Assembly: GCA_964467905.1 (NCBI GenBank)
Contig: CAYXSY010000003.1
Location: 30,159 to 94,158, forward strand
Reading direction: 5' to 3'
From: an uncultured Planctomycetales bacterium
Lineage (GTDB): Bacteria > Omnitrophota > Gorgyraeia > Gygaellales > Profunditerraquicolaceae
DNA: 64,000 nucleotides
Shown here: positions 18,713-26,854 of the stretch, in pieces
Layout of the letters: every line of letters starts with the position of its first letter
Position numbering within the stretch: position 1 is the first letter of the stretch
Translations under genes and position numbers: made by a program
Notes under the pieces: generated by a model
Databases searched by the model: none
The model's input: the letters and a program-made list of their open reading frames with translations, nothing else
Told to the model about the DNA's origin: nothing

Positions 18713-20317
18713 ATGGGAAGATATAGACCAAAGGAATCTTATCTCGGTAGAACTAGAGAGAAGCGGGCTGCACAATTAGCCAATTTGCGCTTTGGACCGA
18801 TTAGGCGTAGTAAGTCAGGACCTATACCATCATCGCCCCTGGGAGCGCCCGAAAACAACCCTTTTGACCCTATTTACAAGGATGATCCCATCCGCTTTAT
18901 TGAGGATCATTTCTACCTTACTCCGGAACGCTGTTTGATTGTATTAGACGACTGGCAAAAACAGATACTTAGGCAGATCTTTGAGCGTGACCCTACGACC
19001 GGGCTAAGACGGTATACTATGGCCGTTGTCTCAGCGCCTAAAAAAACAGGTAAGACTTCGTTGGCTGCTGCGATTATCTTGTGGTTTCTGGTGCATGGCG
19101 AGCTTGAGGGTGAAATTATTATGGCTGCGTACTCCGGGAATCAATCGACCTATGTCGTGTATAAGAAGCTATGCCGTAGTATCCGGATGAATAGGCATTT
19201 ATTAAAAGACCTCGCAATCAACAAGGATATTGTCGAGAATAAAAGGACAGCAACAACGGCGCGTGTTGTATCGGTAAGCTCTAGCGTCGCGGGTCTAAAC
19301 CCTAACCTCGTCTTGTTTGATGAGCTTCACGCGTACAGGGAAGTAGATAGCAATATGTATAGGGACTTCTTTGATGAGTTGACTGTTTCACCGACTCGCA
19401 AAGAGCCACTTTGCCTTATCACTTCATACGCCGGCACGGGCCAGGATACGCTTTTTTATGAGATATACGAGAAAGGCCTTGCCGGCACGGATCCGAAGAT
19501 GTTTTTCTTTTGGAGTCATGATCCGTTTTTATCCCCGCGCATGACGAAAGAGATACTTGAGGATAAGCGCAATAAACATCATCCGAATACTTTCGCCCGT
19601 TTGTTTGAGAATCGCTGGACCCAAGGCGAAAAGCAGTTTATCGATATGGTCGATTATGACAAGTGCGTTGATTCTTCGCACGCTCCGCTATTTGAGGACT
19701 TTCACAAAGAACTCGCGGTTTATTTAGGCATTGATATCGGCGTTAAGGATGATTGCAGCGCTGTCGTCGCCGTCGCAAAACAGGTTGAGAAGATCGTGCT
19801 CATTCAACACCGCATTTGGCGGCCACGCCCTAATGATCCAGTGATCATCGAGGACGTGGAGAATTATATCTATGATCTACATTGTAAATTTCGCGTTGCT
19901 CAGGCGCTTTTTGACCCTTCGCAATGCCGGGAAGCAGAGCAAAGGCTAAAGCAAAGAGGCGTTAATATGGTGGAGTGCATCCAGGCGCAAGGCCCGAACA
20001 TCGAAGCGGCGCAGAATCTATATCACCTTCTCCGTAGCGGGAAGCTGAAACTTTACAAGGCAGATGATCTGCGCCAGCATCTGCAGCATGCGGTTGTCCG
20101 TGAATCTGCGCGCGGTTTTCAGATAGAGAAGAAGTCGCCGTCCAAAAAGGTTGACGCTGCGGTGGCCCTGGCTATGGCTTGTCTTGCCGTGATCCAGGAC
20201 GCTTCAGTTGAGGCCGAGGTAAAGGTGGCAGATTGGAATTGGAAAGGTGACGAATCATCCTCGCCGGGGAGGGGAGGAGTTTTGAGCGGAGATTGGCTGC
20301 TTGCAGATGACAGATAA
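18713..20317 (+). CDS. phage terminase large subunit
   Basis: 534 aa. N-terminal ATPase with Walker A-like VVSAPKKTGKTSLAA and Walker B LVLFDELHAY. C-terminal nuclease-like region with acidic residues (GIDIGVKDD). Confidence 0.6.
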   Translation: MGRYRPKESYLGRTREKRAAQLANLRFGPIRRSKSGPIPSSPLGAPENNPFDPIYKDDPIRFIEDHFYLTPERCLIVLDDWQKQILRQIFERDPTTGLRRYTMAVVSAPKKTGKTSLAAAIILWFLVHGELEGEIIMAAYSGNQSTYVVYKKLCRSIRMNRHLLKDLAINKDIVENKRTATTARVVSVSSSVAGLNPNLVLFDELHAYREVDSNMYRDFFDELTVSPTRKEPLCLITSYAGTGQDTLFYEIYEKGLAGTDPKMFFFWSHDPFLSPRMTKEILEDKRNKHHPNTFARLFENRWTQGEKQFIDMVDYDKCVDSSHAPLFEDFHKELAVYLGIDIGVKDDCSAVVAVAKQVEKIVLIQHRIWRPRPNDPVIIEDVENYIYDLHCKFRVAQALFDPSQCREAEQRLKQRGVNMVECIQAQGPNIEAAQNLYHLLRSGKLKLYKADDLRQHLQHAVVRESARGFQIEKKSPSKKVDAAVALAMACLAVIQDASVEAEVKVADWNWKGDESSSPGRGGVLSGDWLLADDR

Positions 20318-20418
20318 ATTTGGCGCAGGGGGTCTTCTTAAAATATAGGTAGTCTTGTGACCGAGCTATCTATATCTACCCCTGCGCTATAAACAGGTCA
20401 AGAAAAGGAGATGGGAAA

Positions 20419-20808
20419 ATGGATCAAGATAACAAGAAATTGTTTCAGGAATTAGAATCAAGTAATAATGAGGGGTTACTCGCTACATGGATCAAAAAGT
20501 TAGAGGACAAATTGCATACGGTGCAAAAGATAAGGCGGCGGAGAGAGTTCGATAAGTCGCCTGAGGGCATACGTTTCAATAACCAGTTAAAAGAATTGGA
20601 AAAAATAAACGCGGATAATTTGAGGAGATGGCAGGTTATACACGAAGCAAGGCTTTTGGAAGCAAAGCGCAAGCTCGTCCTACAGATCGAAGCGGATCGC
20701 CTGCTAAAAGAGAGCAAAATTGACGATAATGATCCGAGGCTCGCTTCTATTTTATATGAAATAGATAATTTGCATGAGGTAATTGCCGATGCGTTTATTG
20801 GGAGGTAG
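20419..20808 (+). CDS. hypothetical coiled-coil protein (element-encoded)
   Basis: 129-aa ORF, charged and helical. Confidence 0.35.
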   Translation: MDQDNKKLFQELESSNNEGLLATWIKKLEDKLHTVQKIRRRREFDKSPEGIRFNNQLKELEKINADNLRRWQVIHEARLLEAKRKLVLQIEADRLLKESKIDDNDPRLASILYEIDNLHEVIADAFIGR

Positions 20809-20810
20809 AA

Positions 20811-21119
20811 ATGAAAGATTTAACATTGCCAGAAAATAACGATCTGATACCGACAGACGGTATAAAGATGCCTGAAGCGGACAGAGATAACGATCTGATA
20901 CCGGGAAACGATTCGATATTGAAGCAGCTTGGGGACAATGATATCGTTAGGATCGGGGATTTTATCATTCAGAGATGCTTCAAGCACGGAGAAGGACAGA
21001 CAGGGGGAGAATATTTTAGGATTCAATCGCAGGATTCCCATGAGATCAGGGTTGAATTGGACGAATTAGCCGATATCAAGACCGAAGATGGAATTAAATC
21101 CTTATTTGAAAAAGAATAA
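20811..21119 (+). CDS. hypothetical acidic protein (element-encoded)
   Basis: 102-aa ORF, translationally coupled. Confidence 0.35.
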   Translation: MKDLTLPENNDLIPTDGIKMPEADRDNDLIPGNDSILKQLGDNDIVRIGDFIIQRCFKHGEGQTGGEYFRIQSQDSHEIRVELDELADIKTEDGIKSLFEKE

Positions 21120-21121
21120 CT

Positions 21122-21304
21122 ATGGAAAAACGTTTCATCAGCCCATTTGAGTTATCACAATATCTAGGCCTTAAGCCAGATACCATTTATGCGTGGATCT
21201 GGAAAAAGAAAATCCCTTATCATAAATTTGGTCGTTTGGTTAAATTCGACGTGCGCAAAATCGATAAGTGGGCTGAGGAACATTTGGTTAAAGAAATGAG
21301 TTGA
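21122..21304 (+). CDS. AlpA/Xis-family excisionase-type HTH protein
   Basis: 60 aa. FISPFELSQYLGLKPDTIYAWIWKKKIPYHKFGRLVKFD matches the AlpA/phage excisionase pattern. Overlaps the int start. Confidence 0.6.
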   Translation: MEKRFISPFELSQYLGLKPDTIYAWIWKKKIPYHKFGRLVKFDVRKIDKWAEEHLVKEMS

Positions 21305-22416
21305 AAAATAAGCACTTACAAGTTAAACTATATATGCAAAACAGGAGGCTGCGCAGGGTGGGCATATACTTAAAGGGCGAAGACTGGTATTTGGATTATT
21401 ATGTCAATGGCCGCCGTAAAAGAGAAAAAGTAGGTCCTTCCAAAAAGCTTGCCGAAATAGCCTTTAAGAAACGCAAAGTCGAGATAGCAGAAGGCAAATT
21501 CCTGGATATTAAAAAAGAATACAGGGTTAAGTTTGACGATTTAGCCTCAATGTATCTCGAGCTGCACGCCAAGCCGAATAAAAAATCCTGGCACTCTGAC
21601 GACGATACCATAAAGCAGCTCAAGAAGTATTTTGGCGGCCGGTATCTTTCAGAGATTACGCCCTTGTTCGTTGACAAATTCAAGATGGACCGCGCTAAAA
21701 AAGTCTCTCCGGCCACAGTTAACCGTAATCTTGCTTGTCTGAAATGCATGTTTAATAAAGCAATCATGTGGGGCAAGGCAAGTGTTAATCCGGTAACGCA
21801 AGTTCGGCTCTTTAAGGAAGATAATAAACGGATCCGTTATCTTGAGAAAGAGGAGATCGTAAAACTCTTAGCGAATTGCCGCGGCCATTTAAAGGCAATC
21901 GTAATTGTTGCCATAAATACCGGCATGCGCAAAAGCGAGATCCTGGGCCTTAAGTGGCATGATTGCGATTTTCGGCGCAGTATAATATATTTATATAATA
22001 CCAAGAATGGAGAGAAGCGGGAAGTGCCAATGAATAACCAGGTCAGATCTACTTTGATTAAAGTCCGCAAGCACCCAGAGAGTCCTTATATCTTCTGCAA
22101 TAGGAAGGGCATACCGATAAAAGATATCAAAAAATCTTTCTTTACAGCGCTCGATAAAGCGGGTATAATACAGTTTCATTTTCATGATTTACGGCATACT
22201 TTTGCTTCGCATTTGGTAATGTCCGGAGTCGATCTTAATACAGTTAGGGAGTTAATGGGTCACAAGTCGCTGGAAATGACGCTCAGGTATAGCCACTTAT
22301 CCCCGGATCATAAGAAGCGTGCGGTGGATGTTTTAGGGCAGCGAATGGACACTATTTGGACACCAGAGCCTATTACTCAAAAGGCACCAGAAAAGCCCAT
22401 CTCCGTAACTAATTGA
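21301..22416 (+). CDS. int: tyrosine site-specific integrase
   Basis: 371 aa. N-terminal SAM-like domain. Catalytic-domain residues R (GMRKSEI), HDLRHTF, and LMGHKSLEMTLRYSHL with the catalytic Tyr. Ends 24 nt before tRNA-Met. Confidence 0.85.
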   Translation: MKNKHLQVKLYMQNRRLRRVGIYLKGEDWYLDYYVNGRRKREKVGPSKKLAEIAFKKRKVEIAEGKFLDIKKEYRVKFDDLASMYLELHAKPNKKSWHSDDDTIKQLKKYFGGRYLSEITPLFVDKFKMDRAKKVSPATVNRNLACLKCMFNKAIMWGKASVNPVTQVRLFKEDNKRIRYLEKEEIVKLLANCRGHLKAIVIVAINTGMRKSEILGLKWHDCDFRRSIIYLYNTKNGEKREVPMNNQVRSTLIKVRKHPESPYIFCNRKGIPIKDIKKSFFTALDKAGIIQFHFHDLRHTFASHLVMSGVDLNTVRELMGHKSLEMTLRYSHLSPDHKKRAVDVLGQRMDTIWTPEPITQKAPEKPISVTN

Positions 22417-22440
22417 TAGCGTTAATATTGTGATATCTTA

Positions 22441-22512
22441 GGGCCCATAGCTCAGCGGTAGAGCAGGTGACTCATAATCACTTGGTCGGAGGTCCGATCC
22501 CTTCTGGGCCCA
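22441..22512 (+). tRNA. tRNA-Met (anticodon CAT; elongator-type or tRNA-Ile2-type, cannot be distinguished by eye)
   Basis: Manual cloverleaf: acceptor GGGCCCA/TGGGCCC, D-arm GCTC-AGCGGTA-GAGC, anticodon arm GGTGA-CTCATAA-TCACT, T-arm GGAGG-TCCGATC-CCTTC, discriminator A. No encoded CCA. Confidence 0.8.
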
Positions 22513-22582
22513 TTCTGTTCTAAAGGCAAGAGATAGCGGTACAGCTGTAAAGAAGTTCTTCCTGGTTTAGTAATTTTTACCG

Positions 22583-22656
22583 GGGCATTTAGCTCAGTTG
22601 GTTAGAGCGCTACATTCACATTGTAGAGGCCAGAGGTTCAAGTCCTCTAATGCCCA
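22583..22656 (+). tRNA. tRNA-Val (anticodon CAC)
   Basis: Manual cloverleaf: acceptor GGGCATT/AATGCCC, D-arm GCTC-AGTTGGTTA-GAGC, anticodon arm CTACA-TTCACAT-TGTAG, T-arm AGAGG-TTCAAGT-CCTCT. Confidence 0.8.
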
Positions 22657-22691
22657 TTGAAAGAAGGATCTTAAAAAGGATACCATTATTA

Positions 22692-23411
22692 ATGATAAAC
22701 TTAAAAGCACAGTTAGATAAGCTTATTGAATTACAGAAAATAGACGCGCAGATTCATGCTTTAAGGTTGGAGAAAGATATCAAGCCGCAGGAAATAAAGA
22801 TGCTTGAGGCATCTTTTGAAGAAAAGAAACAGGCGCTTTCAGACTTAGAAAAAGAATCACTTGAAATACAGAAACGCAAAAAAGAAATAGAACTTGAGTT
22901 GGCTGCAAAAGAAGAAAGTATAAAAAAGCTTCAGGCCCAGCTTTACAGCTTAAAAACTAATAAAGAATACCAGGCCATGCTTACTCAGATAGGTGATGCT
23001 AAAGCTGATGTATCTGTCATAGAGGATAAGATATTAGGTTGCCTGGATCAGTCCGATCAGTTAAGGGTCAGGGTTGAGGAGGAGAAAAAGAAATTACAGC
23101 TTGAAGAGAATGAATTTAAGGCAAAGAAAAAGAGCGTCGAAGACAGGGTTAAGCAGATAGACGAAAATTTAGCCCAGCTGGATTCCAGCCGCAAACAAGC
23201 TTCGGAAGGAATAGACAAGAAGATGCTGGAGCAATACCAGAGGATACTTGAGAATAAAGACGGCCTGGCGATAGTTAGTGTGGTTAATAACTCTTGCGGC
23301 GGCTGTAACATGTTTGTCCCGCCGCAGGTTATAAACTTAATAAAGATGTATGAAAATATAATAACCTGTGAAATGTGCAACAGGATTTTGTACATCGAAG
23401 AAAACCAATAA
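22692..23411 (+). CDS. coiled-coil protein with C-terminal C4 zinc ribbon (COG1579/DUF164-like)
   Basis: Long heptad-rich N-region. C-terminal CGGC...CEMC zinc ribbon. Start moved to the internal Met at 22692 because the annotated start overlaps tRNA-Val. Confidence 0.55.
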   Translation: MINLKAQLDKLIELQKIDAQIHALRLEKDIKPQEIKMLEASFEEKKQALSDLEKESLEIQKRKKEIELELAAKEESIKKLQAQLYSLKTNKEYQAMLTQIGDAKADVSVIEDKILGCLDQSDQLRVRVEEEKKKLQLEENEFKAKKKSVEDRVKQIDENLAQLDSSRKQASEGIDKKMLEQYQRILENKDGLAIVSVVNNSCGGCNMFVPPQVINLIKMYENIITCEMCNRILYIEENQ

Positions 23412-23417
23412 ACTTAT

Positions 23418-23834
23418 TTGAAACATCTCGATATTTATATAGACGGTGCATCAAAAGGCAATCCCGGGCCAAGCGGTATAGGCGTGGTTATCTGCAGAGG
23501 CTCTGAGGTCGTAAAGAATATCTCTGAGTTTATCGGGAATGCTACAAATAACATAGCTGAATATACGGCTTTAATATACGCCTTAAAAGAAGCGATGCTT
23601 TTAAAAGCGGAAACGCTTCAGATAAAAACAGATAGCCAGCTTTTAGCCAGACAAATAAATAGGATTTATAAGATAAAAAATGAACGCATCCTGGAATTAC
23701 ACAAACAGGCTAGCATGATAATCTCGGATTTTAAAAAAGTGACGATAGACCATATCCCGCGTGAAAATAATAAGGGCGCAGATAAATTAGCTAATCAGGC
23801 AGTAAAAAAAGCTTTGAGATCTTTAGGACAATAA
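23418..23834 (+). CDS. rnhA: ribonuclease HI
   Basis: 138 aa. Motifs IYIDGASKGNPGPSGIGVV, NNIAEYTALIYAL and DSQLL. Carries the DEDD-family catalytic residues. Confidence 0.8.
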   Translation: MKHLDIYIDGASKGNPGPSGIGVVICRGSEVVKNISEFIGNATNNIAEYTALIYALKEAMLLKAETLQIKTDSQLLARQINRIYKIKNERILELHKQASMIISDFKKVTIDHIPRENNKGADKLANQAVKKALRSLGQ

Positions 23835-23855
23835 TTTCTTAATTGTTCTTTTTTA

Positions 23856-24275
23856 GGTAAGCAGGATGTGACTGCCCCTGGACGTATTAGCCTGGGGGAG
23901 GAAAGTCCGAGCTCCATGGGGAACGTAATGGGTAATGCCCATCGCTTGGCGTAAGCCAAGTAGGATTTCCGTTGAGAATTATTCTCTGCGGATCCGTCAA
24001 TTATTTGGCGGAAGAGCTATAGAGACGAGTCTGCTTCTTAGAAGCAGGGTGGAACGAGCAATCTCTACGTGGAGTAAGGCCGAATAGGAGATGAGGACGC
24101 CCCGTCCGTTGCCTGTTTTATACAGGATCCCGTTAATGGGAAATAATCTCGGGTAGGCTGCTTGATCCTGGCGGAAACGCCAGGACTTAGAGGAATGGTC
24201 ACTAGGGCGCTAATTTGATTGCCTGCCTGATAAGCAGGTAGGCATCTAGACAGAACTCGGCTTAACCTGCTTACC
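23856..24275 (+). ncRNA. rnpB: RNase P RNA (bacterial type A)
   Basis: P1 helix GGTAAGCAGG...CCTGCTTACC. Conserved GGAGGAAAGTCCGAGCTCC (P4 5' strand). 3' region matches the ACAGAACTCGGCTTA P4 3' strand. T-run follows. Confidence 0.8.
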
Positions 24276-24356
24276 TTTTTAATTTAAAAACATAAATAAA
24301 CGCTGCTAAGTATTTCGGTAGAGTATCTTTTAACATAATAATCAAGGAGGTATGAA

Positions 24357-25118
24357 ATGTCTGGTCATTCTAAGTGGAAAACAAATAAAGGCAAAAAAAT
24401 GGCAGCCGATGCCAAGAAGGGTGCAACTTACACTAAAATCATAAAAGAACTTGTTGTTGTTGCCCGCGAGGGCGGCGGCAATCCCGATACGAATCCTAGA
24501 TTACGCGCAATTATGAATAAAGCTAAAGAAGCGAATATGCCTTCGGATAACGTTAAGATGGCAATAAAGCGCGGAACAGGAGAATTACCGGGCGTAGTAT
24601 ATGAGACGGTTTTATACGAAGGGTATGGCCAGGGCGGAGTCGCAATTATGATAGAAGCCCTAACTGATAATAAAAATCGCACTACGGCAGAGATACGTAA
24701 CATAATGTCTAAAAAAGGCGGGAATATGGCCGGAAGTGGTGCGGTTAGCTGGATGTTTACAAAAAAGGGTTACATCCTGGTTGATAAAAGCCAGATGGGG
24801 GAAGAAGAACTCATGACTATTGCCTTAGATGCTGGTGCCGAAGATTTTAGGCCCGAAGGCGATAATTACGAGATTTTTACTTCCATTCAGGACTTTGAAA
24901 AAGTAAAACAGGCGCTACAGGATAAAGGGATTAAACCGCAGACCGAAGAATTAACTATGATTCCTTCATCTACAGTTAAGGTTGCGGGAAACGAAGCAAA
25001 GCAGCTGCTTTCGCTGATAGAAAATCTTGAAGACCACGATGATGTGCAACAGGTTTACGCTAATTATGATATCCCGGATGATATTTTAGAACAGTTATCG
25101 CAGGAGCAAGAGGCTTAA
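24357..25118 (+). CDS. yebC: YebC/PmpR-family transcriptional regulator
   Basis: 253 aa. N-terminal MSGHSKWKT..GKKMAADAKKG signature of the YebC family. Confidence 0.85.
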   Translation: MSGHSKWKTNKGKKMAADAKKGATYTKIIKELVVVAREGGGNPDTNPRLRAIMNKAKEANMPSDNVKMAIKRGTGELPGVVYETVLYEGYGQGGVAIMIEALTDNKNRTTAEIRNIMSKKGGNMAGSGAVSWMFTKKGYILVDKSQMGEEELMTIALDAGAEDFRPEGDNYEIFTSIQDFEKVKQALQDKGIKPQTEELTMIPSSTVKVAGNEAKQLLSLIENLEDHDDVQQVYANYDIPDDILEQLSQEQEA

Positions 25119-25127
25119 AAAAAGCAG

Positions 25128-25610
25128 ATGATAATATTGGGAATTGATCCGGCTTTAAGTGTAAGTGGTTACGGAGCAATCGATTTTAGCGCTAACCGTG
25201 TGGATCTTATAGAAGCCGGCATCATCAGTACGAATGCATCTGAATCATTAGCTGAACGTTTAAATAAAATATACCGGGCAGTAACAAGACTGATAAGCGA
25301 TATTAATCCGCAGGTGGTGGTAGTAGAGAAGATTTATGCGCATTATGCTCATCCTACGACAGCTTATATACTCGGTCATGCCCGAGGAGTGATATTTCTG
25401 GCTTGCGCAGTAAATAAAATTAAGCTTGTTGAATATGCGGCGACCCGGGTTAAAAAATCTGTTGTTGGCAAAGGGCTTGCATCCAAATATCAGGTCCAGA
25501 GAATGGTTGTACAAACCCTAGGGCTTGATAAAATACCGGAATACACCGACGTAACCGATGCCATAGCCTTAGCCCTTACACACGGGTATATTACAAAGCA
25601 TAAGATATGA
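25128..25610 (+). CDS. ruvC: Holliday junction resolvase RuvC
   Basis: 160 aa. Motifs ILGIDPAL..GYG and VVVEKIYA. Acidic catalytic residues present. Confidence 0.85.
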   Translation: MIILGIDPALSVSGYGAIDFSANRVDLIEAGIISTNASESLAERLNKIYRAVTRLISDINPQVVVVEKIYAHYAHPTTAYILGHARGVIFLACAVNKIKLVEYAATRVKKSVVGKGLASKYQVQRMVVQTLGLDKIPEYTDVTDAIALALTHGYITKHKI

Positions 25611-26230
25611 TTGCGCGTATTTCAGGTAGGATAATAGAGAAAAACCAGGATTGCTTGCTTATCGATATTGGCGGCATATCTTATGAAGTATTTATCCCTT
25701 CAACAGTTATGCAGCGTCTCCAGCATGATGATAATAGCGAGATTCAGCTTGTAACATATCATTATCATCAGGTAGAGCCTTCAAGAAGCACCCCGGTACT
25801 AATAGGCTTTTTAAATGAGGTAGAAAAGGAATTCTTTGAGATATTCATTACGGTTTCTGGCATAGGTCCGCGTGCAGCGTTAAGGGCCTTAAACCAGCCG
25901 ATCTCGCTTATTGCAAAAGCTATAGATGAAGGCAATACGGAATTCTTAAAATCGCTGCCTGGGATTGGGCAGCAGCGGGCCAGGGAAATTGTAGCCAAAC
26001 TGCAGAACAAGGTTGGTAAGTTCGGCCTTATGCAGGATGATGATTCCGGCTCCAGGTCAAAAAGTATTCCCTTGGATGCCCAGGAAGAGGCGTTATCCGT
26101 CTTGATGCAGCTTCAGTATAAAAAAGGCGAGGCTTCTGCGATGATTAAGAAAGCATTAGAAAGGAAACCAGACATTAAAACTACGGAAGAGATATTAAAT
26201 GAAGTTTACAAACAAAAAAGGGTTATCTAA
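25607..26230 (+). CDS. ruvA: Holliday junction branch-migration protein RuvA
   Basis: 207 aa. N-terminal MIARISG. HhH motifs (LPGIGQQRAREIV). Confidence 0.85.
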   Translation: MIARISGRIIEKNQDCLLIDIGGISYEVFIPSTVMQRLQHDDNSEIQLVTYHYHQVEPSRSTPVLIGFLNEVEKEFFEIFITVSGIGPRAALRALNQPISLIAKAIDEGNTEFLKSLPGIGQQRAREIVAKLQNKVGKFGLMQDDDSGSRSKSIPLDAQEEALSVLMQLQYKKGEASAMIKKALERKPDIKTTEEILNEVYKQKRVI

Positions 26231-26239
26231 GGAGCAGCT

Positions 26240-26854
26240 ATGACAGAGAACAACATAAAGTACGCTATAGAGGCTTTGATGTTTTCTAGTGATAAGCCAC
26301 TGACCTTGGAACAGTTTAAGAATGCCCTTGATATACAATCCAGAGAAGAGATATCTTCAGCTATTAAAGAGCTCCAACAGGAATACGAGAACTTCAATAG
26401 AGGCATGCGTATTGTTGAGATTGCTGGAGGCTTTCAGATGGTTGCGTCGGTGAATTTTTCTTCTTTCTTGAGAAAATTATATAAAGATAAGAAGATAGAG
26501 CGCCTCTCCAAGCCTGCTTTAGAGACCCTTGCAATTATTGCCTATAAACAGCCTATAACCAAAATGGAGATAGAGTCTTTAAGGGGGGTTAATATAGACG
26601 GAGTTATGGATAGCCTGACTGATAAAGATCTCATCCGGATATCGGGGAGAAAGAAAACGGCCGGAAGGCCCTTTGTCTATGGCACAACAAAACGTTTTCT
26701 GGAATATTTTGGTTTAAAATCTCTGGATGAATTACCAAAGATGGAGAAATTTTCTTCGCTTATAGAAAACAGTCAGGAAAATACGGATACGCAGGATATT
26801 GAAGAGGTGGCTAATACGGAGGGGCAGAATGCAAATCAAGGGACTTCGCAATAA
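26240..26854 (+). CDS. scpB: segregation and condensation protein B
   Basis: 204 aa. Tandem winged-helix pattern (IEALMFSSDKPLTLEQF; GFQMV...ETLAIIAYKQPITKMEIESLRGVN). Confidence 0.75.
   Translation: MTENNIKYAIEALMFSSDKPLTLEQFKNALDIQSREEISSAIKELQQEYENFNRGMRIVEIAGGFQMVASVNFSSFLRKLYKDKKIERLSKPALETLAIIAYKQPITKMEIESLRGVNIDGVMDSLTDKDLIRISGRKKTAGRPFVYGTTKRFLEYFGLKSLDELPKMEKFSSLIENSQENTDTQDIEEVANTEGQNANQGTSQ

Larger units (their letters stand above)
12396..22479 (+). mobile_element. ~10-kb integrative element (prophage-remnant or phage-satellite-like) inserted in tRNA-Met
   Basis: Bounded by 39-bp direct repeats. Tyrosine integrase and AlpA-like excisionase sit at the right end. Also carries a primase-helicase, iterons, terminase large subunit, tape-measure and gp10-like genes, and MerR and XRE regulators. 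Confidence 0.7.
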
